From a virus (Duplodnaviria > Caudoviricetes), in the IMG/VR virus record IMGVR_UViG_3300035664_000071, positions 1-27,086 of that record: a stretch of 27,086 bases of DNA. One strand, written 5' to 3'. Position 1 is the stretch's first letter; each line of letters opens with the position of its first letter. Positions 15,730 through 23,942 of this stretch are shown here, piece after piece. The position numbers and the translations under genes are program-made. Below the pieces are notes generated by a model. That model was not told the origin of the DNA, searched no databases, and worked only from the letters and a program-made list of their open reading frames with translations.

Positions 15730-17853
15730 TTATATGAGATTTTTGCCCACATAGTACATTGTAACCTTTGAATTGCCTTTAGTCTTGCGGTCCTTTTGAT
15801 ATCCGAGTGCAGATAAGAGTGAACCGATACGCTGCGTGTTTAGGTAGTTGAACTTCGTCTCCAGCATTAGGAATTGCTGAATGTCGGTCAATGACATCCA
15901 CTCGCCATAATTCGATGTGCTTCCAGGTGAGAGCTTCTTGTAGATTAGGTCCTCTTCAGGTGTCGAATGCTTGAATGCGCTGGTTGATTCGTTGAGCTCT
16001 TCGATATCTTGGCGCAACACTGTGTAATCCCAGCCGTTGCGATACATGGCATACAGCTCACGCCATAAGGCAACCTTATCGCACTTGTTGTACTCAGCTT
16101 GATCAATCCCAAGTATGTGAATAGGTATCTGCCTACGGTTGCCAGTCGGGTCGTTAAGTATCTGCGTTTCGTTCGATGTACCGCAAAAGACTGCAAGCCT
16201 GCGAAGGTCGAGCGACACGCGGCCATAGGGTTCGCGCACGTTTATGAACTCCTTCGATGTTAGTTCCTTGAGTCGCTTCTCTTCCTTCTTAGATTTACCA
16301 CCATACTCGTCATCGAGAATAATTAGCTTCAGGCACATAAGAATCTCGTCATCCTTTCCGGCATCCATCTTCGACTCAGCGAATAGGTATCTGAGCTGCT
16401 TGGGTAGCAAATAACGAAACCAATGTGTCTTTCCTGTGCCTTGCTTCTCACCTGAGAATATTAGCACCAATGGCGAGTGATTTCCATATGCGGACGCTAC
16501 CACAGATACAAGCCATTTGCATATCCACTTGTCTGCATTTGGTGTGTCAGTGATTACGCTGTTAAGCAGATGGGTAAGGTTCGGGCATTCGTCCTCGGTG
16601 TGCAGTTCATCCTCAAAAAACTCATGCAGCGGGTTGTATGTCTCGATGCGATTTGAGAAAATAATGGAAGTAACCAGGTCTTTTGTGGACTCTTTGAATA
16701 CGGCTTTGCAATCGAGAAAAATCGAGTTAATGTCACTGTCATCGATTGCCCTTCCGTTGAGCTCAATCTTGCGCGTAACTACGTTTTTTCTAAGGTCAAA
16801 AGTTCGGATAAAGGCCGCAATGTCAGCGCTTACGTTCTCCGATTTGAATTTAATATCCTTTGCTACTATCTCATTGACAACTTTCGTGCTTTCTTCCGCG
16901 CTGATGCCTGCCACTTCGAGCGACTTGACGATGGCTTCAGGAGAAAGTCCAGCGGCACGTTGCGAGCTCGCAGCGCGGAGAATCTCCTTGGTCTGTTCGG
17001 AGTAGGCTTGTATGCCGTTTTGCTTTGCGTGGTAGTATATGGTTGCGATTGTGGACCGCTTGCCCTTGCTTTCGCTGTGGTTCTTCAGGCATGCCGTGTA
17101 CTGGGCATTGCAGTCATCGGAGTTGTACTTGGAAGAATGCGATGACAGCGTGTGGAAGTAGTCGCGACCACCTTCCCCGAATTCGGACACCAGTGCGTAT
17201 GCGATTTGAATCCACTCTGAGTAATCTTCGCAGAGGTTAAGCCCTTTGCGGTCCATCGCGGCGATCATGGCATCGAAGTCGGTTTTGACTACAGCGACCT
17301 TTGCGAGCTTGCGCTCCTTCGGTTTGGCGAGGTACTTCTTGAATAATATTGCCTTTGTGTTGATGTGAATCCAAGGGTCGTAAGAGATGAAGCGAGCACG
17401 CGATACGTTCTTGCCTGACTGGTCAACGATGAGCTGGTATGTGTGGTAGAGATAGGATGCGATGCCATTAAACGCATCCAGATGGCGTGTGCCATCGATT
17501 TTCATTATCAGACATAGTCCATGTCCACTGATGGAAGTAAACGAAGCGTAAACGTAAGAATCGCCCTGTACGAGCTTCTTGGTGTCTTCAGGATTGTCGA
17601 TGTTGTCGATGTCGATGGCGATGAATCCAGAGTGCGCTCGAATGGCATCGTCCTTTCGGGCCGAGAATGAGCCGCTGACTGTTACAAGCGGGGCTGATTT
17701 CTTGAGCTTGTCACGTTCGGCCTTGTCAGGTGTTGACCTAACTTGCAAGACTATGTCCTGCCATTTGCCGGTTCTGACTCCTTCCAGAAAGGAGCTGAGT
17801 TCGATGTCAATGTCTTGACTGTCATAGATGTTTTTGTATTGTGAGATGAGCAT
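15730..17853 (-). CDS. Primase-helicase (BT4734/VirE-N + PriCT-2 + VapE/VirE ATPase)
   Basis: DIDNID and SISGHG primase motifs, YSEWIQIAYAL (PriCT-2), Walker A QGTGKT, Walker B LDDE, and LNDPTGNRR. Confidence 0.92.
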   Translation of the reverse strand: MLISQYKNIYDSQDIDIELSSFLEGVRTGKWQDIVLQVRSTPDKAERDKLKKSAPLVTVSGSFSARKDDAIRAHSGFIAIDIDNIDNPEDTKKLVQGDSYVYASFTSISGHGLCLIMKIDGTRHLDAFNGIASYLYHTYQLIVDQSGKNVSRARFISYDPWIHINTKAILFKKYLAKPKERKLAKVAVVKTDFDAMIAAMDRKGLNLCEDYSEWIQIAYALVSEFGEGGRDYFHTLSSHSSKYNSDDCNAQYTACLKNHSESKGKRSTIATIYYHAKQNGIQAYSEQTKEILRAASSQRAAGLSPEAIVKSLEVAGISAEESTKVVNEIVAKDIKFKSENVSADIAAFIRTFDLRKNVVTRKIELNGRAIDDSDINSIFLDCKAVFKESTKDLVTSIIFSNRIETYNPLHEFFEDELHTEDECPNLTHLLNSVITDTPNADKWICKWLVSVVASAYGNHSPLVLIFSGEKQGTGKTHWFRYLLPKQLRYLFAESKMDAGKDDEILMCLKLIILDDEYGGKSKKEEKRLKELTSKEFINVREPYGRVSLDLRRLAVFCGTSNETQILNDPTGNRRQIPIHILGIDQAEYNKCDKVALWRELYAMYRNGWDYTVLRQDIEELNESTSAFKHSTPEEDLIYKKLSPGSTSNYGEWMSLTDIQQFLMLETKFNYLNTQRIGSLLSALGYQKDRKTKGNSKVTMYYVGKNLI

Positions 17854-19307
17854 AGTGTGTGTAATTTATCGTCTACAAACTTCCGGTGATAGGCATCAAA
17901 TCGCTTTTTCTGCTCTTTGCACCAGAGCCTTGCAAGTTCATGAATTTTTTCTTGAATTATGGGGGTGATTTCGGGAGTTATCTTTTTAGCACTGTTAAAA
18001 ACTTGCTCAACTAATACATGCAGAGAGTGGTATGTTTTGTAATGTGCCTTTGATTCGATTAGTTTTTTTACATCGATAGCCTTACTGACTTGGATGAACT
18101 TCTCGATTGCCTCGTCCTTTGGCTTGATTACTGGGAAGACATGGCCGCAAGGAAACAACATCCCGAGATATTGCGCATCGCATAGCTTCTTTGCGGTGTG
18201 ATGCAGAGCTCCGCACTTTGGGCACTGCCTAACTGGAGCCACGCCTTCGCCTGGCTTCTTCGGGTTGTGGAAGATATTGCTCCAATTGCGAGGGGATGAC
18301 CATAGGCCATGCGTGATGCAGTTGCCTCCAAGATCTATGATGGTGAATGCGAGCTTGACATTATGCGGCCTTGCACCGCGCCCGCACATCTGAAGCCATA
18401 AGGGCATGGATGCTGTGGCCTTGTTTACGATGACGGTCTCGATGTCGGGCTGGTCGAATCCGGTAGTGGCGATGCCAATGTTGTTAAGTATTGCATCGGG
18501 AGTGTTGGCAAACCATTGCAGCACCTCAGCCCGATTAGGCGAGTCAGCATCAAGATGGCGCGAGTTGAATCCAGCGGCTTGGAAGGCTGCATTGACTGCC
18601 ATCGAGTGCTCGACATTGCAGTTGAAGATTATGGTCTTTTGGCCAAGTGAGTGTGCCTTGTAGGCGTTCACTGTTGTCTCGATGTACTTAGGTGCTTTGA
18701 ATGCAGTTGCCATCTGGGCTGCATCGAACTCGCCAGCTTTCATCTTTAGCCTTGCGCGGTCTACAATCTGAGCGGCTGAGTAGGTCAGCTCTGGGCAAAG
18801 GTAGCCTTGCTCAATCAGGTCGGGGATATCGATGCCGCACACGATGTCATCGAAGTAGTTTCGCAAGGGATTGGTCTTGCGAGATGCCAATGGGGTTGCT
18901 GTGAAGCCAATGATGTAGCTATCCGTGAAGTGCTCGATTACCTTGGTGAAGTTGCCGATATGCACCTCATCGACAATGACAAGCCCGATGTTGGTGAACT
19001 TGTCGAGCCGCTTGTAAGCAGTCTCAACCATTGCGACATAAACCCTTGCATGTGGGATTGACTTCATGCCAGCGGTTACGGCTTGTGTGGGTAATGCGAT
19101 GGCGCGTGAAGCTTGATGGAGCAGTTCTTCACGATGCACAAGGATTAGGATGTCTGTGCTGTTGCGGGCTGTGAAGCGGTCGCAAATCGCAGAGAAGCAC
19201 ACGGTCTTGCCGCCACCAGTTGCGAGCTGCGCAACCACCTTACGATTGCTGCGCAGGCTCGCTGCGATGTTATTGATGAAAGTCTCCTGATAGGGGCGAA
19301 GGGTCAT
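17751..19307 (-). CDS. SF2 DEAD/DEAH helicase (RadD/UvsW-like) with C-terminal Zn finger
   Basis: LRPYQ, LATGGGKT, DEVH, TATP, QMCGRGAR and CPKC. Start 19307 chosen from the ATGA overlap. Confidence 0.93.
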   Translation of the reverse strand: MTLRPYQETFINNIAASLRSNRKVVAQLATGGGKTVCFSAICDRFTARNSTDILILVHREELLHQASRAIALPTQAVTAGMKSIPHARVYVAMVETAYKRLDKFTNIGLVIVDEVHIGNFTKVIEHFTDSYIIGFTATPLASRKTNPLRNYFDDIVCGIDIPDLIEQGYLCPELTYSAAQIVDRARLKMKAGEFDAAQMATAFKAPKYIETTVNAYKAHSLGQKTIIFNCNVEHSMAVNAAFQAAGFNSRHLDADSPNRAEVLQWFANTPDAILNNIGIATTGFDQPDIETVIVNKATASMPLWLQMCGRGARPHNVKLAFTIIDLGGNCITHGLWSSPRNWSNIFHNPKKPGEGVAPVRQCPKCGALHHTAKKLCDAQYLGMLFPCGHVFPVIKPKDEAIEKFIQVSKAIDVKKLIESKAHYKTYHSLHVLVEQVFNSAKKITPEITPIIQEKIHELARLWCKEQKKRFDAYHRKFVDDKLHTLCSSHNTKTSMTVKTLTSNSAPFWKESEPANGRT

Positions 19308-19489
19308 GATATTTGAAACCACTGTTTGTCATGATTTATAAAAATCGCCTTTACTAAAATATCATTTATGTAAGGCATAGCAGCCTTAAAAGCTTCGTCA
19401 GGTGTTTCAAATATGCCCACCTCTTTAAGGTTTGCTGCAAATGGATAATCGCTAACAAATAGAACTAATAAACGCGTCTGCTTTTTCAT
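19304..19489 (-). CDS. Hypothetical protein, AT-rich
   Basis: 61 aa with ATGA overlaps at both ends. Confidence 0.6.
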   Translation of the reverse strand: MKKQTRLLVLFVSDYPFAANLKEVGIFETPDEAFKAAMPYINDILVKAIFINHDKQWFQIS

Positions 19490-19722
19490 GATTCGTAGTT
19501 TTGGTTGTAGTATTGTTCGGATTCTGTTTGAAAAAAATCTTCGTCTTTAAACCAATATTCTGATGATAATGGTAATATGTAAGCGTTTTTTATCTGCTCC
19601 TTCTCCATTGCTTTTGCTTGCTCAACTAATTCTATGCTAATGTATGTTTGTCCAAATGCTTTTTGATATTCTTCGGAATGGATATATTGGACCAACCACT
19701 CAACTGCTGTCTGCTTTTTCAT
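19486..19722 (-). CDS. Hypothetical protein of the KQTAVEWL...AKAMEKEQI family
   Basis: Paralogous to 21657-21872. The alternative start is 19731. Confidence 0.75.
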   Translation of the reverse strand: MKKQTAVEWLVQYIHSEEYQKAFGQTYISIELVEQAKAMEKEQIKNAYILPLSSEYWFKDEDFFQTESEQYYNQNYES

Positions 19723-20839
19723 ATTGCTCAATAGCTTTGAAAATTTGGTGAACTACTTGCGGAACTATGGCGTTTCCTCCGGCTTTTATGGATTCGTTTC
19801 GCCATTTAGAAAAGGTAATTCCGTCCAGTCGGGAGGAAATCCCATCATCTCCAGTACAAATTGAGGATTGAGTTGGGAAGTTGTGCCAGTTTCCAATCTC
19901 GCCCGCTTCGTTAGTGAATCTTGATTTTCCAATCCCGTTACTTTCTCTCCGCAATCGGATGCCATTGGTGTCGGCAGCATCCCTTTCCTCGCCATTGTGC
20001 ATAGCCCAATTTGCAAATTTATCCCTTCCGATTTCTTCCTCTCGTATCTCGCATCCCACGCTTCCGGTGTGCTTCTGTCCTCCATTGCTGATGGTGTCGG
20101 TAGCAACCCCATTGCCATTGCTCGGCAAAGGGTTACACTGTGCATCGAGCCCTCCTTTACCTGGCTGCTTTTCATCGTTGCCGTTGCATTGGTTGAGTCC
20201 ATTGCCGTTGGGGTGGGGAGCATCCCGTGGAATTGCAGATGATCTAATATTGAGTTCGGTCTTGCTTCCCCGTTCGCTCTGCTGAACATTGATGTCGCTC
20301 CGGTTTCCTGTAGTGCTTGTACTCTGTCGGGGTGTTCCCTTTGGATTGCCGTTGGTGTGGGCAACAAACCAAACTCTGTCTCTTCGGTGCGGTGCGTTGA
20401 CGGCACAAGCTGGAAGTACATACGGTTGTACTTCGTACCCTTCAGCTTCCAAATCAGCCTGCACCTCGTGGAATACCAGCCCTCCTGACCAATTAACAAG
20501 GCCGAGAACGTTTTCGCCCACAACCCAACGCGGCTGAATTTCTCGAATCGCTCTAAGCATCTCCGGCCAGAGGTGTCGCTCATCTTCTTTTCCAAGTCGC
20601 TTTCCGGCCATTGAGTATGGCTGGCAGGGAAATCCCCCTGTGAGGATGTCAATTCTGCCTCTGTGAATAGTGAAATCTGTTTTGGTAATGTCTTCATAAC
20701 TGATTGCATTTGGAAAGTGATATTTTAATACTTTTTGCCCGAATGAATTCCACTCGCAGTGGAATATGTTCTCCCAACCCATCCACTCAGCGGCTAAATC
20801 AAAGCCGCCAATTCCGCTAAATAGTGATCCGTGTGTCAT
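19700..20839 (-). CDS. DNA cytosine-5 methyltransferase, alpha polypeptide
   Basis: Motif I FSGIGG, IV GFPCQ, VI ENV, VIII PHRRDRVW and X GNAIVPQV. No motif IX in this frame. Confidence 0.93.
   Translation of the reverse strand: MTHGSLFSGIGGFDLAAEWMGWENIFHCEWNSFGQKVLKYHFPNAISYEDITKTDFTIHRGRIDILTGGFPCQPYSMAGKRLGKEDERHLWPEMLRAIREIQPRWVVGENVLGLVNWSGGLVFHEVQADLEAEGYEVQPYVLPACAVNAPHRRDRVWFVAHTNGNPKGTPRQSTSTTGNRSDINVQQSERGSKTELNIRSSAIPRDAPHPNGNGLNQCNGNDEKQPGKGGLDAQCNPLPSNGNGVATDTISNGGQKHTGSVGCEIREEEIGRDKFANWAMHNGEERDAADTNGIRLRRESNGIGKSRFTNEAGEIGNWHNFPTQSSICTGDDGISSRLDGITFSKWRNESIKAGGNAIVPQVVHQIFKAIEQYEKADSS
19786..20709 (-). CDS. Nested alternate-frame beta polypeptide of the C5 methyltransferase
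   Basis: 307-aa open frame entirely inside the MTase gene. Ends in the motif IX-like LNPQFVLEMMGFPPDWT and has four G[LM]LPTP repeats. Confidence 0.75.
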   Translation of the reverse strand: MQSVMKTLPKQISLFTEAELTSSQGDFPASHTQWPESDLEKKMSDTSGRRCLERFEKFSRVGLWAKTFSALLIGQEGWYSTRCRLIWKLKGTKYNRMYFQLVPSTHRTEETEFGLLPTPTAIQREHPDRVQALQETGATSMFSRANGEARPNSILDHLQFHGMLPTPTAMDSTNATATMKSSQVKEGSMHSVTLCRAMAMGLLPTPSAMEDRSTPEAWDARYERKKSEGINLQIGLCTMARKGMLPTPMASDCGEKVTGLENQDSLTKRARLETGTTSQLNPQFVLEMMGFPPDWTELPFLNGETNP

Positions 20840-21089
20840 CTTTTTTATTCCAAGGTTTATGTCCTTTGGTGAATCGATTCTTCACCCCGGCAATTGCCAC
20901 AACTTTGCCATGCACCTCTCGAATGTACTCAGGTGCTTTCTTTAGCCCGAGCCTGAATGCGATGTTATAAACGCTCGACTCAGATATACCAAGCACTTTG
21001 GCAATCTCTGCCGTCTTGGTGTGCGAGTAATACTCCACAACGTAATCGATTACAAGCTGGCCGTGTCGCTTACTTCCCATAATTGCCAT
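20817..21089 (-). CDS. HTH protein resembling the N-terminal part of phage HNH proteins, possibly truncated
   Basis: TAEIAKVLGISESSVYNIAFRLGLKK HTH, then RFTKGHKPWNK, then an early stop. Confidence 0.65.
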   Translation of the reverse strand: MAIMGSKRHGQLVIDYVVEYYSHTKTAEIAKVLGISESSVYNIAFRLGLKKAPEYIREVHGKVVAIAGVKNRFTKGHKPWNKKDDTRITI

Positions 21090-21660
21090 CGAATTGATTG
21101 AGAAAGCCTGCGATTAGCTGGAATGCATGGTCGAGTTCTTGCTGATTGTGGCGGTATAGGTAGAGGTCTTTGAACTGCCCCGACTTCTTCACCTTTGGAG
21201 GCACGCCGATGTAGTAGAAGTCTTTCGGGTCCCAGCCCATCAGCATGCAATACCAAACGGCCTGCACATGGTTGAAGTGCTTTATCATGTCATCGGCAAA
21301 GGCTTGCAGATTCTTCGCCGTTGTGGTCTTGACATCAGCGATGATTTTCATGTCATCCCAGCAGATATCCATCGCACCTTTGGCGATAACGGTCTTATCC
21401 CCGAAGGTCAGTTCAGTCACCACGATGCGCTCCTTCTCGCTTTTGTCGAAGAGCTCACCAAGCAGCTCGACCTGATGAATTGCATCGTATGTATTGCGCA
21501 CTGCATCGCCCATCTCTGAATAGTCGCACTCAAGCAGCGAATAGTGGAAGTCCTTGCCGTAGTTAAGCGATGCCTTTGCGTAGCTGATGTCTCCAGTGTA
21601 GTGCCGTTTGATTCGGCTTGCTGATACCGCTGGGTAGGTTATGTATTCTTCGCGTGTCAT
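21070..21660 (-). CDS. PD-(D/E)XK exonuclease (RecE/ExoVIII, DUF3799-like)
   Basis: SASRIK, G..FH, KGAMD...IADVKTT and Q..WY motifs. Confidence 0.8.
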   Translation of the reverse strand: MTREEYITYPAVSASRIKRHYTGDISYAKASLNYGKDFHYSLLECDYSEMGDAVRNTYDAIHQVELLGELFDKSEKERIVVTELTFGDKTVIAKGAMDICWDDMKIIADVKTTTAKNLQAFADDMIKHFNHVQAVWYCMLMGWDPKDFYYIGVPPKVKKSGQFKDLYLYRHNQQELDHAFQLIAGFLNQFDGNYGK

Positions 21661-21872
21661 GAGTTGAATGTCTCGGTAAAATATTCGTTAGCTGTTTGCG
21701 GACCTTCTTTTATGCCTTCGAGCTTTCCGGCTGTGTACATCTGCATCATGTACTCGCGCTCAACTACCTTGGCGGTTTCGAATGCCTCTGCAAAGAAAGG
21801 CCCCATTTCTGATGCGAGCTTGTTCTGAATGGTTAGTCGCAGCCATTCAACTGCTGTCATTTTAGTTGCCAT
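21657..21872 (-). CDS. Hypothetical protein of the TAVEWL family
   Basis: KMTAVEWL...AK..E...YF.ETF pattern; paralog of 19486-19722. Confidence 0.7.
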   Translation of the reverse strand: MATKMTAVEWLRLTIQNKLASEMGPFFAEAFETAKVVEREYMMQMYTAGKLEGIKEGPQTANEYFTETFNS

Positions 21873-21874
21873 GA

Positions 21875-22165
21875 TTAGGGTGTTAGAATAGGATTTGATA
21901 AAGCTTCCATGACCTCAATACATTTGAAGTAGGTGCGATTCCCAACCTTGTAAGGCTTAAGAATGCCAATCTTAGACCATTCGTGGATGGTGACCAATGA
22001 CACATCAAATAATTTTGCAACATCCTTCCGTGTCATTAACTCCTTGGTGGGCGCGGGTGGATGTTCAACTTGACGATTTAAGGTTCTTATTTCTTGCCTT
22101 ACGGCTTCTGCAATTAGATTAGCCAACTCCCTTGGCGTGGTCTGAATGAATTGAATTGTTTCCAT
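21875..22165 (-). CDS. Excisionase-like HTH_17/MerR-type DNA-binding protein
   Basis: LMTRKDVAKLFDVSLVTIHEWSKIGILKPYKVGNRTYFK. Confidence 0.85.
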   Translation of the reverse strand: METIQFIQTTPRELANLIAEAVRQEIRTLNRQVEHPPAPTKELMTRKDVAKLFDVSLVTIHEWSKIGILKPYKVGNRTYFKCIEVMEALSNPILTP

Positions 22166-22168
22166 GTT

Positions 22169-22792
22169 TTATCGTGTTATGGTTTGTATTTGTTCTTCGT
22201 AAATCTCGATGCCAGAGATGGCGGTCACTCCGCACTTCTCCATTGCCTTGAGCAAGTTCTGCGTGAGGTCTTCTGGCTTATACATTCCCGAACCAAATAG
22301 CACACTGAGCACCTTCATCCAATCCACTTCGCCAGTGATGCGAGTGCGACGGATGGTGCGAATGCCTTTGATGTGGCTGTGCTGGATGCTAACATCAGCG
22401 AGCTGATCGGTCAAGTCGGCTATCGAGCGGGATTGCTCCTGTATGCGCTTTTGTTCTTCTTGCTGCTTGCGATTAAGCTCGGCTGTGTACTTCAGCATCT
22501 CAGCTTTGGTGGATGCGATGAAAGCCTGGAGAGGTTCGGTGGCATCTGACTCGATGCGCATGAGTTCTTTTTTGTAGGCATCGAGCGGGCCGGTGACCAT
22601 CTTACGCGCATCCTGAATTGCCTTAACAGCGGTGTTAACCTGAGCGATGGCGTTGGATGCGGCGGTGTATTGGTTTTGGCTTTCGATTGGCTGAATGTTA
22701 GCCGTTAGCCTCTGAGCATTTAATGTCTCGGGAGAATTTATTGATTGATACAATTTTTCAATCGGAATTGTTATCTTTGCGATACTGTTCAT
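22169..22792 (-). CDS. Coiled-coil phage recombination-module protein of unknown function
   Basis: RK..TGPLDAYKK coiled coil and C-terminal ISGIEIYEE. Lies between the SSB and the exonuclease. Confidence 0.65.
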   Translation of the reverse strand: MNSIAKITIPIEKLYQSINSPETLNAQRLTANIQPIESQNQYTAASNAIAQVNTAVKAIQDARKMVTGPLDAYKKELMRIESDATEPLQAFIASTKAEMLKYTAELNRKQQEEQKRIQEQSRSIADLTDQLADVSIQHSHIKGIRTIRRTRITGEVDWMKVLSVLFGSGMYKPEDLTQNLLKAMEKCGVTAISGIEIYEEQIQTITR

Positions 22793-22807
22793 GTGTTTTG
22801 TATTAGT

Positions 22808-22844
22808 AAAAGCCCGGCTATAGTGTGTATGCCGGGCTTTTTTT
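22808..22844. terminator. Bidirectional intrinsic terminator-like hairpin
   Basis: AAAAGCCCGGC-12 nt-GCCGGGCTTTT, with T7 on the + strand and T4 on the - strand. Confidence 0.75.
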
Positions 22845-22855
22845 GTGGTTAGAAA

Positions 22856-23503
22856 TTAGAATGGACTCTTATCGTCTGACTCTGAGAATAGTGAATCGAA
22901 GTCTGTGGCTGATGCTTCCCAAGTTGGAGCTGGCACAGCTGGCTTGGCGGTAGTTCGCGCAATCCATTCATCGCTTTTGCGAATATCTTCCTGAAGGAAC
23001 TCCGGCAGCTTTGCGAAAACCTCAGCATTGTGCTCGGTTGTGTCATAGGCCAGCAGCTCGTTGATGGCAGGGGGGCAAGTAAGGCCCTTCGGCAGCGGAG
23101 AGATGCCCATGATATTGGCATACACTCGGTCCTCTTTGCCATTATGAGCGATGTTAATCATGCCTGGATGTCCGAGTAGCTTGGTGATGTCGAAGTCAGC
23201 GGCTTGCGCATCGGTTAGCTTCTTGCCAATCCATGACTCGATGAACTTGCGCAGCGATGCCTTCTCGCCCATTGTTAGGTTGAACACGCCCTTCACGTAG
23301 AACGGCTGTTCGCCTTTGTCTTCGCTGAATACAGCGGTCTCGGTTGGCAGTTCAAAGAGGAATTGAACTTTGCGTTTCTTGTTGCCCCACTTCTCGTCAA
23401 AGGTAGTGCCCTTGTCGATGATTTGGTAGCAGCGCGCAGGATATGCGCCTTCGGGTGCGATTTGGCGGGTTTGGCTTCCGCCTGAGTTTACTGGTGCTTT
23501 CAT
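22856..23503 (-). CDS. Single-stranded DNA-binding protein (phage OB-fold type)
   Basis: PEGAYPARCYQIIDKGT N-terminus and an acidic tail ending SESDDKSPF. Confidence 0.75.
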   Translation of the reverse strand: MKAPVNSGGSQTRQIAPEGAYPARCYQIIDKGTTFDEKWGNKKRKVQFLFELPTETAVFSEDKGEQPFYVKGVFNLTMGEKASLRKFIESWIGKKLTDAQAADFDITKLLGHPGMINIAHNGKEDRVYANIMGISPLPKGLTCPPAINELLAYDTTEHNAEVFAKLPEFLQEDIRKSDEWIARTTAKPAVPAPTWEASATDFDSLFSESDDKSPF

Positions 23504-23512
23504 GATTAAAGA

Positions 23513-23824
23513 TTAAATTGAGGTTAAAAGTGCTTGAGTTGATTGTTCGTGAAGGTATTCAGTGACGAATGCAAACTGATTGTGGAATTCTTCCATGTTG
23601 CAAGGGTCATAGATGCGCTTCTCAGGTGATACGCCGTGCTCCATCGAGCGGTGATACTGGCGTGCAAGGTTTGCGGCTTGGCTGTCGCATCGGGTGTAAA
23701 GGCCCTTGATGCAGGCGTCATTGACAACCATCACCATTGTGCCGGTGAGGTGGTTGTAGTGAAAAAATTCTGTGCCCTTCCAATTCTTGAAGGTTGTCGC
23801 TGGTGATAGTTCTGGTGTGTTCAT
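23513..23824 (-). CDS. Hypothetical early protein
   Basis: Start ATG 23824 follows an A-rich leader and a promoter. Confidence 0.7.
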   Translation of the reverse strand: MNTPELSPATTFKNWKGTEFFHYNHLTGTMVMVVNDACIKGLYTRCDSQAANLARQYHRSMEHGVSPEKRIYDPCNMEEFHNQFAFVTEYLHEQSTQALLTSI

Positions 23825-23846
23825 GTTTTTTCGTTGTTTTGTTTGA

Positions 23847-23876
23847 CAAATGTAAAACCTTATTTTGATTTCACAA
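23847..23876 (-). promoter_or_regulatory. Bacteroidota sigma promoter TTG-N19-TACATTTG driving the early/replication module
   Basis: Both -33 and -7 elements at canonical spacing in an AT-rich intergenic region. Confidence 0.75.
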
Positions 23877-23942
23877 TACTTAAACAAAGAAAAAAGCAAA
23901 CCACCAGCGCGAAAAATCGCAAGTGCTTAATAATCAACGCAA

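Noticed and set aside
15072-20839. HNH plus C5 MTase as a restriction-modification pair
   Set aside because: The genes are more than 4 kb apart, and each is common as a solitary phage gene.
21875-22165. Evidence of a temperate lifestyle or integration module
   Set aside because: An HTH_17 protein alone is insufficient; no integrase, repressor or att site is identifiable in the window.
22849-23142. Same-strand alternate-frame ORFs (also 4990-5319, 15945-16226, 24806-25054)
   Set aside because: They are short and have no recognisable motif, unlike the MTase beta frame.
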